A stretch of 64,000 nt of DNA from an uncultured Methanobacteriaceae archaeon (GCA_963776515.1 CAVZMY010000002.1:182259-246258), one strand, 5' to 3'. Counted from the first letter of the stretch, positions 1 through 10,712 are shown. Notes: a model not told the origin generated them from the letters alone. Numbers and translations: made by a program.

Positions 1-626
1 TTAAACTTACTGGTGATATAGGAATGATCAAAATAACCAGAACTGAAAGGATCCAAGATGGAGTAGAAAGACTCGAATTCTCAGCTGGAGAAGCAGCAAT
101 AAAAGCTGTTCAAATTACTGATGATTACTTAAAAGAAAGCAGCGGTGTCTTTAAAGTTACAGGTGAACAGCTGCCAAAGACATGTGCACGATTTTTTAAC
201 GAATGGAAATCTTTTAAAAATGAAATTGAAAGACTAAAAGACGAAATTGCTGTACTTAAAATTGACGAGTTGACTGATCATACAACAAAAATTGGAGATA
301 TCACAGTATTATACCGGTTAGTGGAGGCTGACAGGGACGAACTTGTGAAGATTGCAACTGACCTCACTGAGAATGATGTGTGCATCGATGTGGTGATAGT
401 CGGGAACAATGGTGGCAATATAGTTGGAGCTTCCTCTAAGAAAGCTGTGGGTATTGGAATAAAAGCAAACGAGATCGTAAAGAATTCTGCAAAAATGCTT
501 GGCGGAGGTGGGGGAGGTAGACCCAACCTTGCGCAAGGTGCCGGTCCAGATTCCACTAAAATGAAAGATGCATTGGAATTTGCATTTACCGAAGTTAAAA
601 ATATAATATTTAATTCAAAAAAGTAA
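1..626 (+). CDS. alaS: Alanine--tRNA ligase, C-terminal part (runs in from the window edge)
   Basis: IQDGVERLEF editing-domain motif, then a coiled coil and the DHHA1 motif GGGGGRPNLAQGAG. Confidence 0.93.
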   Translation, partial: KLTGDIGMIKITRTERIQDGVERLEFSAGEAAIKAVQITDDYLKESSGVFKVTGEQLPKTCARFFNEWKSFKNEIERLKDEIAVLKIDELTDHTTKIGDITVLYRLVEADRDELVKIATDLTENDVCIDVVIVGNNGGNIVGASSKKAVGIGIKANEIVKNSAKMLGGGGGGRPNLAQGAGPDSTKMKDALEFAFTEVKNIIFNSKK

Positions 627-675
627 ATTAACCTATTACAATATCAATGGTTTATTAACATATTGGAGAAATAAA

Positions 676-1938
676 ATGAATACTCGTAATATAGAAGAGA
701 TTAATGAAAAGATCAAAGGAGGAAACGCTACAGTACTAACAGCAGAAGAAGTATCGAGACTTGTTAGTGTAAATAACCCACCTAAATTTGAAGATGTCGA
801 TGTCGTTACAACAGGAACCTGTGGAATAATGTCCGGAACAGCTGCAATAATCCATGTTCCCGTAGCAGAACCTGGAACTTTTAAGAAAGCTAAAAAAATT
901 TATTTAAACGGTGTGCCAGGATATCCTGGACCATGTCCAAATGAATGGCTCGGATCTGTCGATATGATCATATATGGAACAGCACATAGTATCTACGATG
1001 ACCAATATGGCGGAGGATTCTTATTCAATGAACTTGTGAGCGGAAAAGAAATTGAAGTTGAAATGGAATCGACAGATGGAGACATAATAAAATCTAAAAC
1101 CAATATTAATGAAATTGGAACCGCTCAAATGATTGGAACTAGAATGGCTTTCAAAAATTACAACTCGTTTACTAATCCTTCAAAAGAACTTGTTTCTTCA
1201 ATATTTCACGCCATCGATATGAATGGCCCTTTCAATGGACTTTCAATATCTGGATGTGGTCAGCTTAACCCTTTACAAAACGATCCTCTAATGAATACAA
1301 TATGCTCTGGCACTAAAGTACTATTAAACGGTAGTGAAGGCATATTAATAGGTCCAGGTACAAGAAGCAGTAGCGAAAAGCCAAATCTAATGATAACAGC
1401 AGACATGAAACAAATGGATGCACACTATCTTGGAGGTTTCAAAACAGGCGCAGGTCCTGAAATATTCGACAGTGTAGCTGCTGCAATACCTATATTAAAC
1501 GAAAATATTTTAAAACAGACTTTTATACAAAATAAGGATATAAAACTTCCAGTTGCAGATATTCGTGGACGTCACAATGTTTTAGGATTTACAAATTATG
1601 GAGAAGTATGGGAAAGTTCTGATGAAAGACCGATATACCATCCAGAAAATTGTTTGGATTGTGAAAATTGCATTGTTCGTGAAAGATGCCCAACACATGC
1701 TTACACAAACACTTTGAATACAAGAAGATGTTTTGGCTGTGGAATGTGTGCATATTCCTGTCCAAATAATGCATTTACAATGAACTCTGGAAGTGTTGTA
1801 TTCAATATGGAAGGGAAATCCATTGGCATGCCAATAATTTGCCGTCAATCAGACATTAAAAGAGCCCGCGAACTTACTGCAAATCTTAAAAAAAGGATAG
1901 AAAATGGAAATTTTATTTTAAATGGTTGTTTGGATTGA
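676..1938 (+). CDS. Methanogenesis marker 16 metalloprotein (COG1900/DUF39-like, C-terminal 2x[4Fe-4S] ferredoxin domain)
   Basis: VDVVTTGTCGIMSGT, GPCPNEWLG and CRQSD motifs; CxxCxxC...CP clusters near the C-terminus. Confidence 0.85.
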   Translation: MNTRNIEEINEKIKGGNATVLTAEEVSRLVSVNNPPKFEDVDVVTTGTCGIMSGTAAIIHVPVAEPGTFKKAKKIYLNGVPGYPGPCPNEWLGSVDMIIYGTAHSIYDDQYGGGFLFNELVSGKEIEVEMESTDGDIIKSKTNINEIGTAQMIGTRMAFKNYNSFTNPSKELVSSIFHAIDMNGPFNGLSISGCGQLNPLQNDPLMNTICSGTKVLLNGSEGILIGPGTRSSSEKPNLMITADMKQMDAHYLGGFKTGAGPEIFDSVAAAIPILNENILKQTFIQNKDIKLPVADIRGRHNVLGFTNYGEVWESSDERPIYHPENCLDCENCIVRERCPTHAYTNTLNTRRCFGCGMCAYSCPNNAFTMNSGSVVFNMEGKSIGMPIICRQSDIKRARELTANLKKRIENGNFILNGCLD

Positions 1939-2020
1939 ATATCTGAATATTTTCATGATTCCAGTTTAATTATTCCTTTTTCAAATATACTTTTTTTTAG
2001 ATGAAATCTGATTTATTTTA

Positions 2021-2413
2021 TTATAGTTTAATATTTGAAAAAATAGGAATTTGATGTAAAGATCCTGAAAATAGTATAATACCTAAGACAAATCCAATTA
2101 GAAGAGCTACCACTAAAAATAAGATTATTGCCAAAAGTGCTGAAGAACCAGATTCCTGTGTTTGATATTCTTCATGACGTTCGTTACCATGATATTGTTC
2201 GTATTCATTGGTGCGCTCAACATGTCTAAATTCTTCTTGCTGGTCATTTTGATTTCTATTATTGTGGACTATTGAATTTGAATTATCATGATATTCACCT
2301 GCAATATATTTCTCTTTAAGTGACTTGGAATATGGAACCATCAGTTCCATCCCACAACTGGGACAGTAAGTTTCTCTATTCTTAATGTTAGCACCACAGT
2401 TTTTACAAATCAT
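2021..2413 (-). CDS. Zinc-ribbon membrane protein
   Basis: N-terminal CKNCG...CPSCG; C-terminal hydrophobic helix. Confidence 0.75.
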   Translation of the reverse strand: MICKNCGANIKNRETYCPSCGMELMVPYSKSLKEKYIAGEYHDNSNSIVHNNRNQNDQQEEFRHVERTNEYEQYHGNERHEEYQTQESGSSALLAIILFLVVALLIGFVLGIILFSGSLHQIPIFSNIKL

Positions 2414-2711
2414 TTGATCACTTTAAATAGATATATTAGTTTAATATCACGATATCAAGCTTTTATTGAAGACAGTATAAATATTTCAATTACATAATAC
2501 TTGTGATAGTATATTAGAGCATCATATCATAAAAACTTTTATAAAATGCCTAACATATTCAGGATTTTAGTTAAAACTCCATCTTATAAGTCTTTATATT
2601 ATTTTAAACCGACTGAAAATCAACCTTAATAGAATATTCGTATGGAAGTATAGAAATTAATTATTTAATTATAATTTGATGAAAAAAAAGATTAATAATT
2701 TTCTTCATAGA

Positions 2712-2933
2712 TTATATTGTTATCTTGAGAAAATGAGATTCACCATTCCCTGAATCGAACTCAATACTTTTAAATTCATTGATCATATCTTCAAATATTT
2801 TCCATAACGTGTCGTCATCACCATAAATACGGAAAATTTTTTCATCTTCCATAACAATCTTTTCGACACCTAAATAATCCCCTTTAAAATCTTCAAATAT
2901 TTTATTACCCAGTTCTTCCATTGATTTGTCCAT
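2712..2933 (-). CDS. Small hypothetical protein
   Basis: 73-aa ORF co-oriented with and just downstream of the HEAT gene; protein-like composition. Confidence 0.6.
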   Translation of the reverse strand: MDKSMEELGNKIFEDFKGDYLGVEKIVMEDEKIFRIYGDDDTLWKIFEDMINEFKSIEFDSGNGESHFLKITI

Positions 2934-2958
2934 ATAATCATCTTCTTGTAAAAATTAT

Positions 2959-3765
2959 TCACATATTTTTGTTAATAAATATCAACAAATGTTTTGCAAT
3001 ATATTCATTTGCATCTTCAGGAGTTCTTGCAGCAAATTTATACCTTTTATGAACATTTATAATTTCATTTGATGCATCAAACACAAGCTCCCTATTTGTC
3101 CAGCTATTCAAGTTCTCCACAACCTTTTCAAGGCATCCTTTTTTGTAGCTTATCTGTCCTATCACATGGATAATCATAGCTTTAACAGTTTTAACTTTCT
3201 CGTTTTGTAATTCTTTTAGTAAAGGTAAAACCTCTTCAGGATGTGTTCTTCCCCTGAGTTCTATTCCATGAATTATTTCTCTGCGAATTATTGGATCATC
3301 ATCGTGCAAATGCTTTTTTGCAAATTTAAAAGTGGGTATTGGATTTTTAAGTCCCATCTGTTTTAATGCACCTATCATTGCATTTCTAACTGAATGATGT
3401 TTGTCTACTAATGCTTTTTCAAAAGGTTTGATAACTTTATCTGCATCTTTTTTTCCAATTTCACCCAATGCATATACAGATGTTTGTCTAACTCTTTCAT
3501 CTTTATCTTCGAGCATTGTATTTAAAAGTCTTAATATTACCCATTCTAGATCATTATACGAAATATATATCCTTCCAATTGCAAGGTATGCATTTTTTCG
3601 AATGTAAGTATCGTCATCTGCTGAAAAATTCCGGATGCTTTCAGGGATGATTATTTCATTTTTATCTGTTGCACTATCTAAATCTAAAATTTCCTGTAAT
3701 ATTTTATCTTCGGTTTCATTGACAAGTTTCTGCCTTTCTGTCTTTGATAGATTGTAGAATCCCAT
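2959..3765 (-). CDS. HEAT-repeat protein
   Basis: Repeated L.D.D..VR..A..ALG.IG motifs. Confidence 0.8.
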   Translation of the reverse strand: MGFYNLSKTERQKLVNETEDKILQEILDLDSATDKNEIIIPESIRNFSADDDTYIRKNAYLAIGRIYISYNDLEWVILRLLNTMLEDKDERVRQTSVYALGEIGKKDADKVIKPFEKALVDKHHSVRNAMIGALKQMGLKNPIPTFKFAKKHLHDDDPIIRREIIHGIELRGRTHPEEVLPLLKELQNEKVKTVKAMIIHVIGQISYKKGCLEKVVENLNSWTNRELVFDASNEIINVHKRYKFAARTPEDANEYIAKHLLIFINKNM

Positions 3766-3978
3766 TTTAAACCCATAATATTTTATTTTGGTTGATTATT
3801 AAAATTTTTGGATAACAAGTTTTATTTTTGACGATGAAATCAGTTTTTGTATCCAATTCACAAATCCATATATTTGTTCAGATAAAATATGAAATCTAAA
3901 ACCATTTACAATCTCTGATACTTAAAGAAACTTTCATGCATGATTGATTTTGATTGGAATTTTTATTTAAAGTAATTC

Positions 3979-4018
3979 TGATGAGCCAGTCCAAGACTTT
4001 CGCCGAACTAGCCCATCA
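3979..4018 (-). other. Structured RNA hairpin directly 3' of pmbA (3'UTR element, terminator or sRNA)
   Basis: Minus-strand UGAUGGGCUAGUUC-GGC-GAAA-GUC-UU-GGACUGGCUCAUCA: 17 bp including 4 G-U pairs, GNRA tetraloop. Confidence 0.55.
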
Positions 4019-4030
4019 TACCATGTACCA

Positions 4031-5335
4031 TTAACCAACTACCCTTAAATTTTCCACTAATATCTGAGGAAGTACAAACGGACCTATCTTACGTTTCTCT
4101 GCTGTTGCTGCAGAAGCAACTCCCATGGCTTGGAATATGTTTCCTGAAAGCATAGCTTTTTTTATTGGATGTTTTAACTCTCCATTTTCAATTTTAAATG
4201 CATTCATGGCTTCCACAGAAAAATCTCCAGATATGGGATTTGCTGTATGTGCTCCAAGAACATCTGTAATCAGTACTCCATTATCAATCTCTGAAATCTC
4301 TTTTACACCATCAAAGTCTAGTATGAAATTGGATAAACCTACAGCAGGCACATCACCGTACGATGATCTCATTCCATTACCTGTAGGTTCCACTCCTCCT
4401 TTTTTAGCAGTGTAGATATCGTATAAAAAATTTTTCAATATTCCATTTTCAATCAATGGCGTTCTTTGACTGGATATGCCTTCACCATCACTGGCAGCAG
4501 ATTGAAGACCACCTTGAAGGGTTCCATCATCATATATGCTTAAAGATTGGGAGACAACTTCCTGATCAATTTTATCGGCAAAAACAGACCTTCCCCTTTG
4601 AACATTATCAGCATTAAGTGCACTTGAAAATGTTGCAATAAGCCCTGATGCAGCATGATGGTCAAGAATAACTGGAAAATCTGCAGTTTCAACCGGTAAA
4701 CCTTTTCGAGAATCTTTTGCAATTTTACATGCATTTTTTGCTATTTCTACCGGATTTATGTCCAAATATCTTGAGGAATCATATTCACTTGCAGTAGAAA
4801 CATTATCCCCATCATCCACATTAACCGATATGTAACCCGAAAAAATGGATGAAACATCTTGAGAAATTGCACCTTCAGAATTGGCTATTATAAACTTGCT
4901 GTATCCAGTTTGGAAACCACCAGATGTAGGTTCACATTTTTCATCTAAAACAGTTTCAAGCATGATCTTTCCGAAACTAACCATTTCTTCCAATTCTAGA
5001 TACTCAATTTTAGAATCAAAAATACCCTTTATATCCGGATATCTTGATTGAGGTGCAAATGCAAAATTTTCATCTACTTCATTTGATTTAGCATTAAAAA
5101 TGGCACTTTTAACCGTATCTTCGAGCTTATCAAGATTGGTTGAATATGAGAAACCCATCTTCCCATCAAGGATAACTCTTATTCCCACACCAAATGTGAA
5201 CGCTTCCTTTGCAAAGTCTACTTTATCCTTCTTTATATCAACGTTAACCCCTTCTTCCTTCTCAACATAAATTTCAGCTTGATCTGTGTATTTAAGGGCA
5301 AGATCAAGTGTTTGGTTCGCTATATCACGCATCAT
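4031..5335 (-). CDS. TldD/PmbA family protein (PmbA/TldE type)
   Basis: DGEG...LIENGIL..FLYD, STGNG-like and ANPISGDFS motifs. Confidence 0.9.
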   Translation of the reverse strand: MMRDIANQTLDLALKYTDQAEIYVEKEEGVNVDIKKDKVDFAKEAFTFGVGIRVILDGKMGFSYSTNLDKLEDTVKSAIFNAKSNEVDENFAFAPQSRYPDIKGIFDSKIEYLELEEMVSFGKIMLETVLDEKCEPTSGGFQTGYSKFIIANSEGAISQDVSSIFSGYISVNVDDGDNVSTASEYDSSRYLDINPVEIAKNACKIAKDSRKGLPVETADFPVILDHHAASGLIATFSSALNADNVQRGRSVFADKIDQEVVSQSLSIYDDGTLQGGLQSAASDGEGISSQRTPLIENGILKNFLYDIYTAKKGGVEPTGNGMRSSYGDVPAVGLSNFILDFDGVKEISEIDNGVLITDVLGAHTANPISGDFSVEAMNAFKIENGELKHPIKKAMLSGNIFQAMGVASAATAEKRKIGPFVLPQILVENLRVVG

Positions 5336-5415
5336 ATTTTACACCTCGAATATTTAAAGATTCAACAATGTTGTAAATAAATTATTAAAATTATATGGAT
5401 AAGATACATATTTTA

Positions 5416-6102
5416 TTAATTAATTTCCGGAATATATTTCTCAACTGCTTCTTTAACACCATTTCCATGAGGTTGGTTAGTTATATAATCTGCTATATCC
5501 TTCAGTTCTTGGTCGGCATTTGAAACAGCTACTTTAACACCTACAGCCTGTAAAAATTCTATATCGTTTTCACTATCCCCTATTGCAAGGACTTCACTGG
5601 CTTTAACATCAATATTTTCTGCAACTTTAACAACAGAAGATCCTTTGCTTACAGAGGGGTCTGTAATGTGTATTGCAAATTTACTGTCATAAATCCTTAC
5701 ATCAAAGTCTTTAAGAATTTCTTTGATGGTTTGAACAGGAAATTTCCTAGTTATGGCTATTTCTGAAATTCTTAAATGAGAGTTTTGAACTTTTTCAACC
5801 GGTAATTCAGATTCCAAATGATTATATGCATCCAAACATATCTCAAAATTCCCAAGGACTTTCTTATTACCATTTGATTCAATTACTCCCCCATTTTCAG
5901 CTACTAAACCTCCAGAAGTTGCCAAAAATATGGATAATGCCTGCGTAAAACATAAAACATTGCCGGTTGATATTATAACAGGAATTCCCAATTCTTCAAC
6001 CCGATAAATAGTATCGATTGCACTTATACAACCTCTCCTATTTTTGTCAGTGATAGTACCGTCAATATCTAATGCTAATGCCTTTATCATAAAATCACCC
6101 AT
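5416..6102 (-). CDS. Phosphoglycolate phosphatase (HAD, archaeal type)
   Basis: DIDGTIT, AENGG, GDSENDIEF HAD motifs. Confidence 0.88.
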   Translation of the reverse strand: MGDFMIKALALDIDGTITDKNRRGCISAIDTIYRVEELGIPVIISTGNVLCFTQALSIFLATSGGLVAENGGVIESNGNKKVLGNFEICLDAYNHLESELPVEKVQNSHLRISEIAITRKFPVQTIKEILKDFDVRIYDSKFAIHITDPSVSKGSSVVKVAENIDVKASEVLAIGDSENDIEFLQAVGVKVAVSNADQELKDIADYITNQPHGNGVKEAVEKYIPEIN

Positions 6103-6125
6103 TATATGATTAAACTTAATTTACA

Positions 6126-7186
6126 TTACATTGAGGGATCGAAGGATCCATATCTAAAGGCTATATTGCATGTTCCCTCTTTACTAACCATACAAGCCCC
6201 CACAGGATTCATTGGATTACATTCAGTCTTGAAAAGTTTACATTCTTCCGGTCTTGCTACTCCTCTGAGGATTGGACCACAAATGCACCCAGTTACAACA
6301 GGTTTAGATTCTCCAATTTCTATATCAAATTTTTCCCGTGCATTGAAATTTGAGAATTCCTTCTTCATTTCATAGACAGAGTTGGGTATCGTAGGAAATC
6401 CTCTCCATTCTCTGCTGGTTATGTAAAATACATCGTCTAGAAGTTCTTGAGCTTTTATATTTCCTTCTTCCCTAACTGCACGTTTATATTCGTTTTGAAC
6501 CTCAGCTTTACCGTCTTTAAACTGTTTCAAAACCATATAAATGGATATAAGTACATCAAATGGGTTAAATCCTGCAACAACTTGAGGTATTCCATATTTC
6601 TCTGAAAAAGGTTCGGTATGGTTTGGTCCCTATTATTGTTGATACATGACCAGGTTCAATTAGAGCATTGAGGTTGACTTCTCCCGATTCTATAAGAAAT
6701 TTAAGAGCCGGTGGTATGAGTCTGTGGCTTGATAAAACTGAAAAATTTTCAGGTGGGCCATTTACTAATTCAGCGGCAGTTGTTGGTGCTGTAGTCTCAA
6801 ATCCAGCTGCCATAAAAACCACTTCATTCTCGGTTTTTTGTGCCATTTCCACTGCATTGTTAACTCCATATACTATCCTAACATCGGCACCATCTGCCTT
6901 AGCATCTGCTAAGAGATCCTGTAGTTCCAGGGACCCTCAACATATCTCCGAATGTTGCTATGGTAACACCATCCCTTGCAAGATAAAGACATTCATCAAC
7001 CTCCCTTGATGGCACACAACAGACTGGACAGCCCGGTCCTGCAACAATTTCTACCTCTTTAGGTATGAGTGTTCTGATTCCATGCTGCATTATTGTGTGC
7101 TCGTGTGAACCACAAACATGCATTATCTTTACTGGTCTTGAGATTTTTTCTATTCTTTGTACAATTTCTTTGGATAGGTTTTTCAT
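6126..7186 (-). CDS. hypD: Hydrogenase maturation protein HypD (split over 3 ORF fragments by frameshifts)
   Basis: MHVCGSHEH, GPGCPVC, GFETTAP, PGHVS and GACMVSKEGTC motifs in successive frames. Confidence 0.92.
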
Positions 7187-7379
7187 TTATGCCACCATGA
7201 TAAGTTTAATAATTGAAATTTAGATCGATTATAGTAATAGTGATTCATTTAAAATATTCTATTACCTTGATATAATCTATTGTAAAAACAGATAGATAAA
7301 AATAGGTGTAGATAAATTCTGTATTAATCTTATTTGTATACTTAAATATAATCAAAAATTAGCTCAACTGGGTGGATCA

Positions 7380-8633
7380 ATGGATAAACTGAAATGTATC
7401 GGTTCTGGGACTAGGAATAGAAGGTAAAAATGCTGTTAAAAGTCTTTTGGATTATGGAAATCATGTTTACGCTTCAGATCTAGATGACAAATATTAGTTT
7501 AACGGAGTTTAACCATGAAGATTTGGAGATTGATCTAGGCATACACAACAAAGCAAAGATTGATTCATCAGATGCAGTTGTTCTAAGCCCAGGATTATGG
7601 AATACAAATATTGCAAAAAGAATAATAAAAAAGAATAAGCTTCTTTCTGATATTATTACAACCCACAAATCAGTTTTTACTATAGCTGTAACAGGAACCA
7701 ATGGAAAAACAACCACATGTTACATGTTGAATGAAGTACTTGAGAAATCCGGTTTAAATGTTCTATTAGGAGGAAATGCAGGAGGTGGCTTCGAAGGATA
7801 TACTAAACTGATACTTGAAGCATCAGAAAATAAATATGATGTCATGATAGTGGAAGTTTGTGATATGACCTTGGATTATGCATCGTACGTCTTTAACATT
7901 GACATGGTAATAGTTACGAATATAGGATACGACCACATGGATTACCACTTATCATTAGAAAATTACAGAAAATCTGTTTGTAAGTTTTTAAAAGGAAAGA
8001 AACAAGTTATTTTAAATGGAAAAGATTCATTACTCATAAAATGTGTTGGATGTGCAGAAAAAACATTTTTATTTGATTTAAAATGTCGAAAATTGAAAGT
8101 ATTTGGAAAATTCAATCAGGACAATGCTTCAGGTGCTTTTAAAGCTGCTGAACTTCTGGGTATATCTCCCAAATTTATAGATGAAGTTTTAAGTAATTTC
8201 AAAAGCGTTAAGGGTAGAACTACAACAATAAATTTCACATGACTCCACGATCATTATTGGAAAAACAGATAACCCTGATGCGGCTGCTGCTGTATTTAGT
8301 GAAGCTAAAATGGATGTTATAATAATTGGAACACCTCGAACAAATGAAGAGCATCGATACAGTATCTTAAAAGAGGTTAATAATGCTAATCCTGATCTTG
8401 TAGTTCTATTTCCAGGATTAAGTAATACCACAGTTAAGGCCAAAGAGATTTTAAAAGCCGAAGGTTATTGTGGTGAAATTTGCATTTTAAATGAGGTTTC
8501 AGAAGTGGTTGAACTGACATTAAAATGTACCAGTAAGTATAAAACCATATTTATCGGTGGAAACGGTCAAAAAAAGATTATGTCCATTCAAAAAGTATTA
8601 AATGAAGTTTCAAAAAGTATTAATAATCATTAG
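7380..8633 (+). CDS. MurD-like Mur ligase family protein (frameshifts near 7400, 7490 and 8238)
   Basis: VLGLGIEG Rossmann motif upstream of the called ORF, VVLSPG, AVTGTNGKTTT P-loop, GGNAG, TNIGYDHMDYH, FN..NA..A, F..VKGR. Confidence 0.82.
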
Positions 8634-8789
8634 TTAACATCGTATTATTATACTATTTTTCACTTTATTACATCTATTCATAACCAAAATCATATACTAT
8701 AAATAGTTTTTAACATAGATATTTAATTTAATAAAATATGGGGAAATGTTTAGGAGATGTGTTTATGATAAATAATTGGAGGGTTTTTT

Positions 8790-9962
8790 CTGGCTAGTTT
8801 AAAAAATCCTGGAATTGTAATATTGATATTGATTATTTTAGCTATGGGAATGTTTTCTATTGCAAAAACTGTTGATGCCTATATTCCTGCGCAAAATCCT
8901 GCAGATATTTCATCGGTAAATATAGGGGATACTGTTTATAATGGTGATCAAGTTGTTAGTAGTAGTAAAATTCGTAAGGTTCCTGTAATTTCTCATCCAG
9001 AATATTTAATTGACGATTTAAAGGATAATCAGTTTGGTGACTTTTTTACAGCAATTACAACGGGATCTGTGGAAACTCCTATAAACGCCATAACCCAAGG
9101 TAATATATCACGTAGTGGATATGCAGCCGGATTCAATGGTCCTGGGATGGTTGTTGTTACAGACGGAAAACTAGATGTAAGTCCACCTGGAACATTCGTT
9201 TGGGGTTATAAAACGCAATATACTTCTGCAGTTAAAACAGCAAAGGGGATAGATATTGTAACTCAAAATAAAACAGTAAAAAGTATTTCAGCTGCAGATA
9301 TAAGTAACACAACAGTGCCCACTGACTACGTTACAACTTCAGCACTTAAAGAATGGTATAATGATTCCAAAATCGGAAGTTCAATTGGATTGGATTATTC
9401 CTTGACATCTTTTAACGATGGCAGAAATATTATAACTCCTAACCAGATTAAAAGTACGCTGGACAATGATACCATAAAATACATGTCAGAATATCCTTCT
9501 GGAGCTCCGGTCATGATTTACAACGCAGCTACTAATCAGAGTGTTATAGGGACCGGTAATAGTGTGCTGGGATATTATGCTGAGTACGATAATGCACTAC
9601 GTGAAGAAAACGCAAAGACATTTGTTAAAGGATGGAACAATACAGTTGTCCCACCACATACATGGGCAACTGGAAAGGATGATGTGTCATTTGTAGGTGT
9701 TTACGATCCAGAAGAAGCTGGCTATCCCTCACACGGTGCTTGTCCTCCAGGAAGGGCATTAAGAGCTGCTGTCATGGATGCAGGCTGCCCTCTTCCATCA
9801 GGTATGAGTAGTGGATATTTATCCGTAACTATCAGTGTTAACCCATCTTCAGGAATAAAAGTGTATAACCCAACAGATTATCCTTTAAAGGTCGTAATCT
9901 GGACTGAAGGTAGTGGATCGGGTATGCAAATATTTGCAAAAACCGTACAGTATACGCCTTAA
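8790..9962 (+). CDS. Secreted/cell-surface protein with VanW-like C-terminal domain; probable CTG start at 8790 (first canonical start TTG 8823)
   Basis: Signal peptide; T/S/N-rich body; C-terminal RxxNA...WNNTVVPP / HGACPPGRALRAAVMDAG / IKVYNPTDYPLKV. Confidence 0.7.
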   Translation: MASLKNPGIVILILIILAMGMFSIAKTVDAYIPAQNPADISSVNIGDTVYNGDQVVSSSKIRKVPVISHPEYLIDDLKDNQFGDFFTAITTGSVETPINAITQGNISRSGYAAGFNGPGMVVVTDGKLDVSPPGTFVWGYKTQYTSAVKTAKGIDIVTQNKTVKSISAADISNTTVPTDYVTTSALKEWYNDSKIGSSIGLDYSLTSFNDGRNIITPNQIKSTLDNDTIKYMSEYPSGAPVMIYNAATNQSVIGTGNSVLGYYAEYDNALREENAKTFVKGWNNTVVPPHTWATGKDDVSFVGVYDPEEAGYPSHGACPPGRALRAAVMDAGCPLPSGMSSGYLSVTISVNPSSGIKVYNPTDYPLKVVIWTEGSGSGMQIFAKTVQYTP

Positions 9963-10055
9963 ATTATTTCTTTTTTTATTAATTCTTTTTATTTTATGAT
10001 TTCAACAATCATTTAATAAAAAAAGGTCCAAATATATCATATGAAAGGTGATTGT

Positions 10056-10712
10056 ATGGTTTCAGCAGTTATAACCGCAGCAGGAAAAAACAGAAGAATG
10101 AGGGAGGACCTATTATCACGAGGCATGACTATAGAACACAAACTGCTCATGGACCTTAAGGGTAAACCCGTAATAATACGTACGATAGAAAATGTTCTAG
10201 AATCCGGTGTTAAGAATTGTGTAGTGGTGCTCGGCCATTATAGTAATGAAATAAATGCTGTTTTAAAAGATTTTTCTGATAAGAGAGTAGAGATAATTAA
10301 AAACCAGGATATCAATTTTGAATTATCACAAACTCTGCTTAATGGTGTTAAAAATGTTGAATCTGGTTTATGTCTTTGTGTTGCCGCAGACCAACCAACT
10401 GTGACCGCTGAAACTTTGAAAACCATGACGGAAAATGCACTTAAAAATGAAAATCCTGAGAATATAGTATCAATATTGGCCAGAAAGGAATGTGGTTTTC
10501 TTAAATCAGCAATAGGTCTGGGAATGCCATTTGTATGTCATTCAAAGCTTCTTTTAAACTATCTCCCCGCCCATAAAGATAACTTAAATCCCATGCTGAG
10601 GGAGATGATATCTAATAATGTAGTTTTCTATGGAAACCCACCCCTTAAAGATCTTGAACTAGTGAATATTAATAGATACAACGATTATTTATATGTTAAA
10701 AACCGGTTTTAA
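10056..10712 (+). CDS. MobA/MocA-like nucleotidyltransferase family protein
   Basis: SAVITAAGKNRRM...HKLL, ADQP and NIN...DY motifs. Confidence 0.85.
   Translation: MVSAVITAAGKNRRMREDLLSRGMTIEHKLLMDLKGKPVIIRTIENVLESGVKNCVVVLGHYSNEINAVLKDFSDKRVEIIKNQDINFELSQTLLNGVKNVESGLCLCVAADQPTVTAETLKTMTENALKNENPENIVSILARKECGFLKSAIGLGMPFVCHSKLLLNYLPAHKDNLNPMLREMISNNVVFYGNPPLKDLELVNINRYNDYLYVKNRF

Noticed and set aside
3978-4005. Hammerhead ribozyme or C/D box sRNA from CTGATGAG on the plus strand
   Set aside because: No downstream GAAA core on that strand and no properly spaced D box; the minus-strand hairpin explains the sequence.
6126-7186. hypD (and other split core genes) as true pseudogenes or programmed frameshifts
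   Set aside because: HypD is needed for [NiFe]-hydrogenase maturation. Shifts are scattered over many unrelated genes with no common slippery motif, so assembly error is more parsimonious.
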